A stretch of DNA of 64,000 bases from Octopus sinensis (lineage: Eukaryota). Numbering within the stretch: position 1 is the first letter of the stretch; each line of letters begins with the position of its first letter. Shown in pieces: positions 40,977-61,595 of the stretch. The stretch covers positions 2,418,001 to 2,482,000 of the forward strand of contig NC_043024.1 in NCBI RefSeq assembly GCF_006345805.1, written 5' to 3'. Position numbers and translations under genes: made by a program. The notes under the pieces were generated by a model, which saw only the letters and a list, made by a program, of their open reading frames with translations, was not told the DNA's origin and ran no database searches.

Positions 40977-41079
40977 TGACTATTGAGTAAATGTAACATA
41001 TTATTTTATAGATAAATTTCCTCTATTTATATAATATTGAGGTCTCTTTCTTTCTTTCTTTTGTTATCTTACCGTTTTA

Positions 41080-41119
<40 letters not shown>

Positions 41120-42920
41120 TAAAGGTGGCGAGCTGGCAGCAACATTAGCATGACGGGCGAAATGCATGTGTCTTTACGTTATGAGTTCAAATTCCACTGA
41201 GGTCGACTTTGCCTTTCATCTTTCAGGGTCGATACATTAAGTACCAGTTATGCACTGGGGTCGATGTAATCGACTTAATCCCTATGTCTGTCCTTCTTTG
41301 TCCCCTCTTTGTAGATCCCCTTGTGGGCAATAAATATATATATATATATCATCATCATCATCATCATCAACCGTTTCCAAGTAAACATTAGTCCTTCCTT
41401 TTTTTAACACTATAACTTCTGGTATTTCATATATAACAGATGTAAGTGGAGGCGCAATGGCCCAGTGGTTAGGGCAGCGGACTCGCGGGTTCGATTCCCG
41501 GATAGGGCGTTGTGAGTGTTTATTGAGCGAAAACACCTGAAGCTCTACGATGCTCCAGCAGAGGGTGGTGGCAAGCCCTGTTGTACTCTTTCGCCCCAAC
41601 TTTCTCTCACTCTTTCTTCCTGTTTCTTGTCCCCCGACTTCCTACGCAACCGCCGAGCCTGGATGCGCATTCATCCATCCGTCGATGCTTTCGGTGTCGG
41701 GGGATGACCTGCTTTCTCCTCTGCAGGTCTTACGAATAGCAAAGGACCACGTTTCCAACTTCTTCCATCTTGCGAGCTCTGGGACGAAGACCGCTTCGCT
41801 CAACAAACAAACAGCAGATGTAAATTATAAATTCTTCGTTGGTTCAAAACTTTTTGGGAATTTTTAGAAAACATCTTGCAAATTTGTAATTCATAGGATT
41901 GTGCAAAAACAAAACAAAATTTTTTAAATTGCTGTGTGATTTAAGAGCTATTTAGCTATTACTTTTAGCACATCCCATGACTACCTTATAATCTCCTTGT
42001 TTGTTTGTCAGACTGACGTGTTAACGTTTATTTAGCCAGCTAAAGGTTTATATCTCCAGTTTATCAGTATAAAAACGTAATAAAATTTTCATTATTTAAT
42101 CTTTACTTTTCAAGTATATTCTATATCTCATATTATTTCTTTTTTATTTCAGAGTATCAGAGAGGATATTTAGTATAAAAGAAGATTTTATATCGAACAC
42201 ATCATGAATATATATGATATATTCTTTAAGTTGAAACTAAGATGCTACACAGAAGGAATATTACCCTGTTTATATAAATTGATTATAGAATTGTAAAAGA
42301 TTTTCTTTGGGTGTGTGATTATTAGCAGCATTTCTGTACTTCACTGCCTGGAATGGGTGCAAGAAGACCAATCCTGTATTCTAATTAAACCTGGATTGCA
42401 AAGGAATTGGCAGCCCCCTCAGACATTGACAATGATTACAGTTGATGGAAATATATATTTCTTTATTGCCCACTAGGGGGCTAAACATAGAGGGGACAAA
42501 CAAGGACAGACAAAGGGATTAAGTTGATTATATCTACCCCAGTGTGAAACTGGTACTTTATTTATTGACCCCGAAAGGATGAAAGACAAAGTTGACCTCG
42601 GCGGAATTTGAACTCAGAACGTAACGACAGACGAAATACCTATTTCTATTTCTTTACTACCCACAAGGGACTAAACATAGAGGGGAAAAATAAGGACAGA
42701 CAAAGGGATTAAGTTGATTATATCTACCCTAGTGTGAAACTGGTACTTTATTTATTGACCCAGAGAGGATGAAAGGCAAAGTCGACCTCGGTGGAATTTG
42801 AACTCAGAACAAAAAGACAGACGAAAGACCGCTAAGCATTTCAAGCAACAGAAATAACTGGGGAATAGAATATAAAAAAAAAGAAAAACATTTGGACTTT
42901 GTGGTGAGAGGAGAAAAATA

Positions 42921-47555
<4,635 letters not shown>

Positions 47556-47883
47556 CTAACGCCAACCACTCCTCGAGTGTAGTGGGTGATTTTTACATGC
47601 CACCGGCACAGGTGCCGGGGGAGTCTGGCAGCGGCCACGATCAGTTAAATATATATATATATATATAGTTAATCCAAACAAGAAAGCACAAAAAAAACAC
47701 TACAATGCGAGGACGTGGAACAAATATAGTATTATTGGACGCTCAGAAAAGAAGGAGGGTTTAACATTTCGAGCAGAGCTCTTCGTTGGAAACATAGAAG
47801 GAAAGATCTGCTGTATATGAAATACCAGAAGTTATTGTGTTAAAAAGAGCAAGGACTAATGTTTACTTTGAAACGGTTGATGA

Positions 47884-47967
47884 ATGTTCCTCGTGCCATT
47901 CAGTGACAACTTTAGCTGTGTGAATTGGTGCATTATCATCCTGAAAGCTTGCGTTTCCCTCCGGAAA
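47884..47967 (-). mobile_element. Short Tc1 remnant at a rearrangement junction
   Basis: Matches 54704-54790, then switches to unique sequence 47968-48480. Confidence 0.75.
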
Positions 47968-50092
47968 TTATACCCACCTCATTGTGGATTAACCATGGAT
48001 AGATTCATCGTCTGTGAGTATGAAATACCTCCTCATATCTCTGGATATTTGCACCTACACTATGGATTGATTCACTTTCTCTGTGAAGCTAATAAGCTTT
48101 TTTAGAACCTGTGATGAGACAGTGCATCGTCATTAAAGAACTTTGGAAGTCTGTTTACAACCTGAATCTGTCTCTAATGGAATTATCTCCGATACTTCAT
48201 GAGTGTAACCTCACCCACTAAGATGTTTGGAGAACTCGCATGTATTTTAGCTGATGAGTACGGGACACTTTTATCTGCTGCAATATTTGCAACTTTTAAT
48301 AAAGCCTGTCTTTGTATGAAACAATTGTACTAAAAACTAATCCATTCTTGTTGCTTCTTTCTCGTTTATAATCACCCCACATTACTGTATGGTTAACACC
48401 ATATAGTTTTCTGGTGCATCTAAGTTAAGTACCGCATTCAAGTGAATTCATTAGAACTGACTTGAATCTTAATTGCTTTTATATATATATATAAAGGTGG
48501 CGAGCTGGCAGCAACATTAGCATGACAGGCGAAATGCATGTGTCTTTACGTTATGAGTTCAAATTCCACTGAGGTCGACTTTGCCTTTCATCTTTCAGGG
48601 TCGATAAATTAAGTACCAGTTATGCACTGGTTTCGATGTAATCGACTTAATCCCTATGTCTTGTTTGTCCCCTCTTTGTATATCCCCTTGTGGGCAATAA
48701 ATATATATATATATATATCATCATCATCAACCGTTTCCAAGTAAACATTAGTCCTTGCTCTTTTTAACACAATAACTTCTGGTATTTCATATACAGCAGA
48801 TGTAAGTGGAGGCGCAATGGCCCAGTGGTTAGGGCAGCGGACTCGCGGGTTCGATTCTCAGACTGGGCGTTGAGTGTGTTTATTGAGCGAAAACACCTAA
48901 AGCTCCACGATGCTCCAGCAGAGGGTGGTGGCAACCCCTGTTGTACTCTTTCGCCCCAACTTTCTCTCACTCTTTCTTCCTGTTTCTTGTCCCCCGACTT
49001 CCTACGCAACTGCCAAGCCTGGATGCGCATTCGTCCATCCGTCGATGCTCTCGGTGTCGGGGGGGCTGACCTGCTTTCTCTTCTGCGGGTCTTACGAATA
49101 GCAAAGGACCGCGTTTCCGACTTCTTCCATCTTGCGAGCTCTGGGATGAAGACCGCTTCGCTCAACAAACAAACAGCAGATCTAAATTGTAAATTCTTTG
49201 TTGGTTCAAAACTTTTTGGGAATTTTTAGAAAACTCTTGCGAATTTGTAATTCATAGGATTGTGCAAAAACCTAAACGAAATTTTAAAAATTGCTGCATG
49301 ATTTAAGAGCTATTTAGCTATTATTTTTAGCACATCCCATGACTACCTTATATTCTCCTTGTTTGTTTGTCAGACTGACGTGTTAACGTTTTTTTGGCCA
49401 GCTAAAGGTTTATATCTCCAGTTTATCAGTATAAAAACGTAATAAAATTTTCATTATTTAATCTTTACTTTTCAAGTATATTCTATATCTCATATTATTT
49501 CTTTTTTATTTCAGAGTATCAGAGAGGATATTTAGCATAAAAGAAGATTTTACATCGAACACATCATGAATATATATGATATATTGTTTAAGATGAAACT
49601 AAGATGCTACACAGAAGGAATATTACCCTGTTTATATAAATCGATTATAGAATTGTAAAAGATTTTCTTTGGGTGTGTGATTATTAGCAGCATTTCTGTA
49701 CTTTACTGCCTGGAATGGGTGCAAGAAAACCAATCCTGTATTCTAATTAAACCTGGATTGCAAAGGAATTGGCAGCCCCCTCAGATATTGACAATGATTA
49801 CAGTTGATGGAAATATATATTTCTTTATTGCCCACTAGGGGGCTAAACATAGAGGGGACAAACAAGGACAGACAAAGGTATTAAGTTGATTATATCTACC
49901 CCAGTGTGAAACTGGTACTTTATTTATTGACCCTGAAAGGATGAATGGCAAAGTCGACCTCGGTGGAATTTGAACTCAGAACAAAAAGACAGACGAAATA
50001 CTGCTAAGCATTTCAAGCAACAGAAATAACTGGGGAATAGAATATAAAAAAGAAGAAAGACATTTGGACTTTGTGGTGAGAGGAGAAAAATA

Positions 50093-52282
<2,190 letters not shown>

Positions 52283-52301
52283 CACTGTGATAAATCTATT
52301 A

Positions 52302-52695
52302 CTCTCTCTCTCTCTCTCTCTTTTACTTGTTTCAGTCATTTGACTGCGGCCATGCTGGAGCACCGCCTTTAGTCGAGCAAATCGACCGCAGGACTTATTC
52401 CTTGTAAGTCCAGTACTTATTCTATCAGTCTATTTTGCTGAACCATTAAGTAACGGGGACGTAACACACCAGCATCGATTGACAAGCAATGCTAGGGGAA
52501 CAAACACAGACACAAACATATACACACACATACATATAAATATATATATACATATATACGACAGGCTTCTTTCAGTTTCCGTCTATCAAATCCATTCACA
52601 AGGAAGACACTTGCCCAAGATGCCACGCAGTGGGACTGAACCCGGAACCATGTGGTTGGTAAGCAAGCTACTTACCACACAGCCACTCCTGCACC
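52302..52695 (-). mobile_element. SINE S3 with TCTATTA TSD
   Basis: Inserted in a vestigial finger after the stop; same insertion at 61179-61595. Confidence 0.8.
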
Positions 52696-52799
52696 TCTAT
52701 TAAATCATTCTCTCGAATAAATAGCTTAACTTGATGGAAGTGCTTCTTGCAATTGAGTTGTGGTAAATTATTCTCTTACACAGTTTTATTAAATGCCAG

Positions 52800-53045
52800 T
52801 ATATTTATTATTTTTATTTATTTATGCGCCCTTTACAAACCTAGCCAGGCTCATGGGCCCGGTCTCTGTGGCATATGTGTTACACCACCAGCTGGACAGG
52901 ATGCCAGTCCATAGCAGCATTACTCAAGAAGCAGGAAGAAAGAGTACAGCAGAGATCGCCACCACCCCCTGCCGGAGCCTCGTGGAGGTTTAGGTGTTTT
53001 CGCTCAATAAACACACACAACGCCCGGTCTGGGAATCGAAACCGC
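52800..53045 (-). mobile_element. SINE S1, tail variant c
   Basis: S1 head followed by CTGC.ATGGACTGGC.TCCTGTCCAG and an AAAT tail; copy at 61700-61945. Confidence 0.7.
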
Positions 53046-53240
53046 ATTAAATAAATGTTAGATTAGTGAGTTATAGTAAAAATAGTATCATATGAATGAG
53101 AGAACAACGTGATCACATTTATAACTTTGTTAAAGAAATTGATTGAACTGATATAGATAAATTAGAAAATAATTAAATCGATACATTATAAAATAATTAT
53201 AGTGAGAAATATAACTCACTATCTACCATTTATTTACCAA

Positions 53241-53954
53241 CTCGCATTAAAGACCCGTCGTTGCCGGGTCATAGTGCTAGTGCATGTATATATGTGTGCA
53301 TATTACATGTACATCTATCTATATACATCTACACATAAAATGCAAAATACAGAGTTATATCTTGATATCGCTAGTGATAACAATACTCAAAATATATAAC
53401 AGACTGGAATTGTTAGCTCTTCTTTTTTCTCTACATTGTATACCTTATAGACAATAGTCTTTTCTTTAATTTAATTTTGTATTATCCATCTGGACTATTC
53501 CATTTCTGCACGCTAATTATATTTTTAATTTATTCCCATTCATGTGAAACCACTTATTCAAGTTCAAATCATTGATGCAATTTTATACCAATTGCTATTT
53601 TTACTTTTGTATGCTACGATTATATTATACTTTAGTTTGATTTTAATTATTACTTACTACATATAATTCAATTGTTATTATTATTTTTGTTGTTAAAGTG
53701 AAAGCATCTGACATAAAAGAGAGAAATATTTTTGTTTCACTTTTAACATGTAATACTGAAATAGTGGAGAAGATATGATATTGCTATGGGCTTCCTCTAG
53801 GCAAGAAGTTGAACATTTTTTTTTGCCCATAAAACTACATGGGCCGTAAGTAAGGCATGTGTAAAATTTGAATGAAATTGGTTGTGTAGTTCTCAAGTTT
53901 CAGGGAAACACACAGACAGACAGACACACATTCTCAGTTTTATATATGTAAAGA
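53241..53954 (-). mobile_element. Helitron H1
   Basis: Copy of 175-867. Confidence 0.7.
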
Positions 53955-54086
53955 TTATTACCCTTATACAACCTGTTACCCACTGGCCAAGATTTATACC
54001 AATATTAGTAATTAAAAAAAAGTTTTTGTCTGTTGAGATGTTTTGGAAGAATAACATGTGATAACCTAACGATATGTCTTTTTCAT

Positions 54087-54165
54087 TCCTCTGATGAGAT
54101 TTTGCCCAATTAAATGTTTTAATTATTGGAATTTCTTTTGAGCAAAATTGAAACAGCTGTAAGTG
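54087..54165 (+). ncRNA. Hammerhead-like motif (copy of 1000-1078)
   Basis: CTGATGA at 54091, GAAAC at 54150, GTA at 54159; the first stem II pair is G-U. Confidence 0.55.
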
Positions 54166-54703
54166 TACATGTTGAATTTTTGCAGTGAATAAACTATATT
54201 AATGCTACTTCTGTGTTTCCTGGATTTTAATTTCTATATATATCATCATCATGATCATCGTTTAACGTTTGTTTTCCGTGCAAGCACGGGTTAGACGGTT
54301 CGACCGGGGTCTGGGAAGCCAGGAGGCTGTACCAGGCCCAGTCTGACTGGCAGTGTTTCTACAGCTGGATGCCCTTGCTAACACCAACCACTCCGTGAGT
54401 GTAGTGGGTGTTTTTTACATGCCACCGGCACAGGTGCCAGGGGAGTCCGGCAGTGGCCACGATCGGTTATATATATATATATATATAGTTAATCCAAACA
54501 AGAAAGCACAAAAAAAACACAACAATGCGAGGACGTGGAAGAAATATAGTATTATTGGACGCTCAGGAAAGAAGGAGGGTTTAACGTTTCGAGCGGAGCT
54601 CTTTGTCGGAAACATAGGAGAAGGAAAGATCTGCTGTATATGAAATACCAGGAGTTATTGTGTTAAAAAGAGCAAGGACTAATGTTTACTTTGAAACGGT
54701 TGA

Positions 54704-55272
54704 TGAATGTTCCTCGTGCCATTCAGTGACAACTTTAGCTGTGTGAATTGGTGCATTATCATCCTGAAAGCTTGTGTTTCCCTCCGGAAACAGTTCCGCA
54801 ACCATAGGATGAATTTGATCAGATAAAATGCTTAAATAGTCTTGACTATTAATTCTGCCAAGGAGGGAAACCATTGGGCTGGCAGATTTCCAAGATATAG
54901 CTCCCCAGATCATTACAGATCCTCCTCCATGTTGAACAGTTGGAAGAAGGCAGTCTGGGTCAAATGCTTCTTTTGGCTCTCTTCACACGTATACTCGGCC
55001 GGTGGTCGGAAATAACGTAATGGATGACTCGTCCTAGAAAATAACATTCTTCCACTGCTCCAGGGACCAATTCTGTAGGTTTTTACTCCACTCTAAACGC
55101 TTTGCAACGTTTGTTTTTGAAAGTAGTGGTTTTCTGATTGCAGCCCTCCCTTGAAATCTGGCTTTGTGCAGCTCCCAGCAAAAAGTTTTTGTGGAAACTG
55201 GGTTCTTTAGACGGTCATTAGGCCCTGCAGTAATTTTGAGGGCTGTATTTTGTGATCCTTTCTAACAATTTG
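54704..55272 (-). mobile_element. Tc1/mariner transposase relic
   Basis: MIWGAISW...FQDDNAPIH ORF piece. Confidence 0.85.
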
Positions 55273-55974
55273 CTGAATTAATTGTCATTTAAACCCGAAG
55301 CTATATAAAAATATTCAAGTCTTTTGTTGAAGGAAGAGTTACTTCCCCTCGTCCATAACCGTTCAGTCTTGCAAATTCCGTTTATTTCCTGCTATAGTTT
55401 CATACAAATCTTTATTCCTTGATCAATTCCACTTTATAACTGATAATTATTAGGAGACCGGAATTAGATACGAATGATTTCATATCTAACGCACAACTCA
55501 GAAAAAAGGAAGGACTAAAAAAAATTACTTAAACAAAGTTATATAATTTCTTTCACTGTTTCGTTTTCCTTTTCACTGCCCATTCCAGTTTTTTTCTTTC
55601 CCACATTTTGATATTAACCATTTCTTAATATCCTCACCATTTCCATCTATAACTATACAGACAGTTTTATACATCGTGGATCCCCGTCGTTCGCCGATGA
55701 GGATTCAGGTGTAAGACCAACTGAATCCCCTGCTCCGGAATTCCCGTGAGTCGCCGAGGATTCCGCTGGCAACGTGGAACAGCGAAAAGATCCAGGGAAT
55801 CGAACTCACTAACTCGTGATTGATAGCCCGATGCGCTAACCACCGAGCCATGCGCCTTCCGCTTAGACAGTAACCATGGTGATAGTCAACAACAATATTA
55901 CGTTCCCCCTTCCTTCTTAGTTTCGCTTTTGTATCAGCAGCACTCTTTGTGGTTTCATATATTAAAGAGTCTAA

Positions 55975-56081
55975 GTCACATGACGCACCTTACTTCCGGC
56001 TTGTCACGTTTCCTCAATTCTTTGGAGACGAAATCGAAAGTAAATAAATATTTATTTATTTATTAAGCATCAGGGGTAAGT
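55975..56081 (+). promoter_or_regulatory. Candidate promoter/exon 1 of ZNF B4
   Basis: Same motif cluster; retained although ~1.75 kb further upstream is deleted at ~55770. Confidence 0.55.
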
Positions 56082-56420
56082 TATTATATATATATGTATA
56101 TATATTGGAGAGGAATACGATCTGATTGAAGACGTTGTATAGCAAATACTGCGATTTATAGAAATGCCGTAGTTTGTTGTGTATTGATGTAGGCTGGGCA
56201 GGAATGGACTGGCGGTCAATCGGAATGGCGAATAACGTTATCAGCCGGTTATTGTTGTCAAAATGAATTGGTTCAGACTTTATATTTGTTTAACGTCATC
56301 TGTTAGGTGTTGGCCAATGCTGTACGGAAATGATCACAATAAGCGGCTTCCACTATATATATGATCCTTGTGAAATTCCTTTGTAATCGCCAACTTTTGT
56401 GTGTGTGTATATATATGTGC

Positions 56421-56457
<37 letters not shown>

Positions 56458-56944
56458 CGGGTATAAAAATGCACATATATTTATATAGACGTTTTTACTT
56501 AGTATTTTCCAATTTTTGTGGGGTGGGGGACATATATATATTCATTTTTTGTATATGCGTGTGTATGTATGCGTATATAAATATGTGCGGGTATGTACAT
56601 ATACGGGCGTGTGTGTGTGTATGAGTGCATAGGGGCATGTCCGTATATGAACGTGGTTTTTATGCTTTGTATACTTCCTTATGTTTTTTTTTCTGTTACC
56701 TTTAACCATGGTTTTTCTTGTGTTTGTGCGTATATAGACGTATGTATGAACTTTTACGGTACGCATGTGTGTGTGTATGAGGCTGTATATATATGCGTAT
56801 ATATTTGGCGAAAAATGTGAGTGAAGATGTGTACGTTTCCATAGTGACGTATAAGTACGCACGTGGGTTTTCGCGCGCAGAATTATAAAACAGTAATTTC
56901 CCTTTATATAACGGTATTTTTTCATAGCGTTTTTTCAGATGGCC

Positions 56945-57007
56945 AGATAACCGAAGAGATGGTGTTGTGGATTTCCACTTCGGCATCTGAAACTCAGAGT
57001 TTTATCT
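56945..57007 (+). ncRNA. Intronic hammerhead-like motif, CCGAAGA variant (B4)
   Basis: Homolog of 7278-7340; stem III ACTC/GAGT intact, U4>C. Confidence 0.45.
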
Positions 57008-57113
57008 TGACTATTGAGTAAATGTAACATATTATTTTATAGATAAATTTCCTCTATTTACATAATATTGAGGTCTCTTTCTTTCTTTCTTTTGTTATCT
57101 TACCGTTTTACCA

Positions 57114-57162
<49 letters not shown>

Positions 57163-57219
57163 GTATGTTTAAATATTTGTTGTGTAAGATTTTTTATGTG
57201 AAGTCGTGTGTTGAAACAG

Positions 57220-57748
57220 ATATTGCTATATTTCGGAATGGTCATATTGCTAGTTTAGCCAATAAAAACACACGCACTATATATTTGGTGTTATTTTGCT
57301 TGAGTGATATTTATTTTTTACATTAATCTTAATCTTATTTCGGCCAAAGTTCTTTCGTCACACTCCTGTGACCGCATCAGTGGTCCTTTGTTTTCTTCTC
57401 ACTTATTTGTGTCTCTTCTTACTAACCGTCAGCCATTTTGTATTTCTATTGTATGTCTTCATTTGCGCATGCTTATATCTCTATGTGCATCTATGTTTTG
57501 TTAGTGTGTGTGTGTGGGGGGATGCCTGTAATATTTAGACTGTTAGTAAGGAGAGACACAAATAAGTGAGAAGAAAACAAAGAACCACTGATGCGGTCAC
57601 AGGAGTGTGACGAAAGAACTTTGGCCGAAATAAGATTAAGATTAATGTAAAAAATAAATATCACTGAAGCAAAATAACACCAAATATATAGTGCGTGTGT
57701 TTTTATTGGCTAAACTGGCAATATGACCATTCCGAAATATAACAATAT
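57220..57748. repeat. 211-bp-arm inverted repeat (Penelope-like) in the B4 intron
   Basis: Arms 57220-57430 / 57538-57748, about 6 mismatches, 107-bp spacer; bounded by (TA)n; B4-specific. Confidence 0.92.
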
Positions 57749-59377
57749 ATATATATATAAAGGTAGCGAGCTGGCAACAACATTAGCACGACGGGCGAAA
57801 TGCATGTGTCTTTACGTTATGAGTTCAAATTCCACTGAGGTCGACTTTCCCTTTCATCTTTCAGGGTCGATAAATTAAGTACCAGTTATGCACTGGGTCG
57901 ATGTAATCGACTTAATCCCTGTGTCTGTCCTTGTTTGTCCCCTCTATGTTTATCCCCTTGCTGGCAATAAATATATATATCATCATCATCAACCGTTTCC
58001 AAGTAAACATTAGTCCTTGCTCTTTTTAACACAATAACCTCTGGTATTTCATATACAGCAGATGTAAGTGGAGGCGCAATGGCCCAGTGGTTAGGGCAGC
58101 AGACTCGCGTTTGGAGGATCGCGGTTTCAATTCCCAGACCGGGCGTTGTGTGTGTATATTGAGCGAAAACACCTAAAGCTCCACGATGCTCCAGCAGAGG
58201 GTGGTGGTAACCCCTGTTGTACTCTTTCGCCCCACCTATCTCTCACTCTTTCTTCCTGTTTCTTGTTCCCCGACTTCCTACGCAACAGCCAAGCCTGGAT
58301 GCACATTCATCCATCATTCGATGCTCTCGGTGTCGGGGGGGCTGACCTGCTTTCTCTTCTGCGGGTCTTACGAATAGCAAAGGACCACGTTTCCGACTTC
58401 TTCCATCTTGCAAGCTCTGGGACGAAGACCGCTTCGCTCAACAAATAAACAGCAGATGTAAATTATACGTTCTTCGTTGGTTCAAAACTTTTGGGGAATT
58501 TTTAGAAAACTCTTGCGAATTTGTAATTCATAGGATTGTGCAAAAACCAAAACAAAATTTTTAAAATTGCTGCGTGATTTAAGAGTTATTTAGCTATTAT
58601 TTTTAGCACATCCCATGACTACCTTATAATCTCCTTGTTTGTTTGTCAGACTGACGTGTTAACGTTTATTTGGCCAGCTAAAGGTTTGTATCTCCAGTTT
58701 ATCATTATAAAAATGTAATAAAATTTTCATTATTTAATCTTTACTTTTCAAGTATATTCTATATCTCATATTATTTCTTTTTTATTTCAGAGTATCAGAG
58801 AGGATATTTAGCATAAAAGAAGATTTTACATCGAACACATCATGAATATATATGATATATTGTTTAAGATGAAACTAAGATGCTACACAGAAGAAATATT
58901 ACCCTGTTTATATAAATCGATTATAGAATTGTAAAAGATTTTCTTTGGGTGTGTGATTATTAGCAGCATTTCTGTACTTTACTGCCTGGAATGGGTGCAA
59001 GAAAACCATTCATGTATTCTAATTAAACCTGGATTGCAAAGGAATTGGCAGCCCCCTCAGATATTGACAATGATTACAGTTGATGGAAATATATATTTCT
59101 TTATTGCCCACTAGGGGGCTAAACATAGAGGGGACAAATAAGGACAGACAAAGGGATTAAGTCGATTATATCGACCCCAGTGTGAAACTGGTACTTTATT
59201 TATCGACCCCGAAAGAATGAAAGGCAAAGTCGACCTCGGTGGAATTTGAACTCAGAACAAAAAGACAGACGAAATACCGCTAAGCATTTCAAGCAACAGA
59301 AATAACTGGGGAATAGAATATAAAAAAAAAAGAAAAAAAGAAAAACATTTGGACTTTGTGGTGAGAGGAGAAAAATA

Positions 59378-61159
59378 ATGGAATTTGAATTACGTGATAA
59401 TGAGGTTAATTGTAATACACAGTCGTTAAGGATTGATTTTACTGAAGATGAAACAGAAGAAGAAGAGAAAACATCATTTCACTGTGATGTCTGCAACAAG
59501 TCCTTCTTTCTCAAAGATGAACAGACGATTCACAAATGTTTCCATGCAGGAGAGGATCTCTATCGCTGTGACATCTGTGGTAAATCATTCTCTGAAAAGG
59601 TTCGTTTGACCACACATAAACACATTCACGCAGGTGTCGAGCCGTATCGCTGTAATACCTGTGGTAAATCATTCTCTCAGAATCATAGCTTAGCTATTCA
59701 CAAATGCATCCACATTGTGGTTAAGTCACATCATTGCGATATCTGTGGTAAATCATTCTCTGGAAATAGCAACCTAACCACTCACAAACGTATTCATACA
59801 GGTAAGAAACCATATCAGTGTGATATCTGTGGTAAATCATTCTCTGGAAATAGCGACCTAACCACTCACAAACGTATTCATGCAGGAGACAAACAATATC
59901 ATTGTGATATCTGTGGTAAATCATTCTCTCATAATCACCACTTAACTACTCACAAATACATTCACACAGGAGAGAAACCTTATCAGTGTGATATCTGTGG
60001 TAATTCATTCTCTGGAAATAGTGACCTAACCACTCACAAACGTATTCATACAGGAGAGAAACCATATCAGTGTGATATCTGTGGTAAATCATTCTCTATA
60101 AATAGCGACCTAACCACTCACAAACGTATTCATACAGGAGAGAAACCTTATCATTGTGATATCTGTGGTAAATCATTCTCTCGAAATCACAGCTTAACTA
60201 CTCACAAATACATTCACACAGGAGAGAAACCTTATCAGTGCGATATCTGTGGTAAATCATTCTCTCTGAATCAAAACCTAACCACTCACAAATACATTCA
60301 CACAGGAGAGAAACCTTATCAGTGTGATATCTGTGGAGAATCATTCTCTCAAAATCACAGCTTAACTACTCACAAATACATTCACACAGGAGAGAAACCA
60401 TATCAGTGTGATATCTGTGGTAAATCATTCTCTCTGATTCAAAACCTAACCACTCACAAATACATTCACACAGGAGAGAAACCATATCACTGTGATATCT
60501 GTGGTAAATCATTCTCTCAAAATCACCACTTAACTACTCACAAATACATTCACACAGGAGAGAAACCTTATCAGTGTGATATCTGTGGTAAATCATTCTC
60601 TCAGAATCATCATTTAATTACTCATAAGCGCATTCATACAGGTGAGAAACCCTATCCCTGTAATATTTGCGGTAAATCTTTTTCTCAAAGTTACCACTTG
60701 AGTAAACACAAACGTATTCATACGGGAGAGAAACCATATCATTGTGATATCTGTGGTAAATTGTTTTCACGGAGCAATGCTTTAACTAACCATAAACGTA
60801 TTCATACAGGAGAGAAACCATATCACTGCGATATCTGTGGTAAATCATTCTCTTTAAATCATCACTTAGCTAAACACAAACTTATTCATACAGGAGGGAG
60901 GCCATATCACTGCGATATCTGTGGAAAGTCTTTTTCACAGAGCGATGTCTTAATCAAACACAAACGTGTTCACACAGGAGAGAAGCCATACGTGTGTGAT
61001 ATCTGTGGTAAATCCTTCTTTCAGAACCATACCTTAATTTCTCACAAACACATTCACACAGGAGAGAAGCCTTATCACTGTGATGTATGTGAAAAGTCTT
61101 TCTCTCAAAAAGGTAACTTAACTACTCACAAACATATCCACGCAGGAAAGAAACCATAA
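59378..61159 (+). CDS. Poly-C2H2 zinc-finger protein, type B (B4), 593 aa: acidic leader and 20 fingers
   Basis: Uninterrupted ORF with promoter cassette and acceptor upstream. Confidence 0.93.
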   Translation: MEFELRDNEVNCNTQSLRIDFTEDETEEEEKTSFHCDVCNKSFFLKDEQTIHKCFHAGEDLYRCDICGKSFSEKVRLTTHKHIHAGVEPYRCNTCGKSFSQNHSLAIHKCIHIVVKSHHCDICGKSFSGNSNLTTHKRIHTGKKPYQCDICGKSFSGNSDLTTHKRIHAGDKQYHCDICGKSFSHNHHLTTHKYIHTGEKPYQCDICGNSFSGNSDLTTHKRIHTGEKPYQCDICGKSFSINSDLTTHKRIHTGEKPYHCDICGKSFSRNHSLTTHKYIHTGEKPYQCDICGKSFSLNQNLTTHKYIHTGEKPYQCDICGESFSQNHSLTTHKYIHTGEKPYQCDICGKSFSLIQNLTTHKYIHTGEKPYHCDICGKSFSQNHHLTTHKYIHTGEKPYQCDICGKSFSQNHHLITHKRIHTGEKPYPCNICGKSFSQSYHLSKHKRIHTGEKPYHCDICGKLFSRSNALTNHKRIHTGEKPYHCDICGKSFSLNHHLAKHKLIHTGGRPYHCDICGKSFSQSDVLIKHKRVHTGEKPYVCDICGKSFFQNHTLISHKHIHTGEKPYHCDVCEKSFSQKGNLTTHKHIHAGKKP

Positions 61160-61178
61160 CACTGTGATAAATCTATTA

Positions 61179-61595
61179 CTCTCTCTCTCTCTCTCTTTTA
61201 CTTGTTTCAGTTATTTGACTGCGGCCATGCTGGAGCACCGCCTTCAGTCGAGCAAATCGACCCCAGGACTTATTCTTTGTAAACCCAGTACTTATTCTAT
61301 CAGTCTCTTTTGCTGAACCACTAAGTGACGGGGACGTAAACACACCAGCATCAATTGACAAGCAATGCTAGGGGGACCAACACAGACACACAAACACATG
61401 CACATATATACATATATATGTATACATATATACGACAGGCTTCTTTCAGTTTCCGTTTACCAAATCCACTCAGAAGGCTTTGGTCGGCCTGGGGCTATAG
61501 CAGAAGACACTTGCCCAAGATGCCACTCAGTGTGACTGAATCCGGAACCATGTGGTTGGTAAGCAACCTACTTACCACACAGCCACTCCTGCACC
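61179..61595 (-). mobile_element. SINE S3 with TCTATTA TSD
   Basis: TSD at 61172-61178 / 61596-61602. Confidence 0.8.

Noticed and set aside
54686-55272. Active or domesticated Tc1 transposase
   Set aside because: All copies have a stop before the first catalytic Asp (VIF*DES), lack the final catalytic residue region and have no TIRs.
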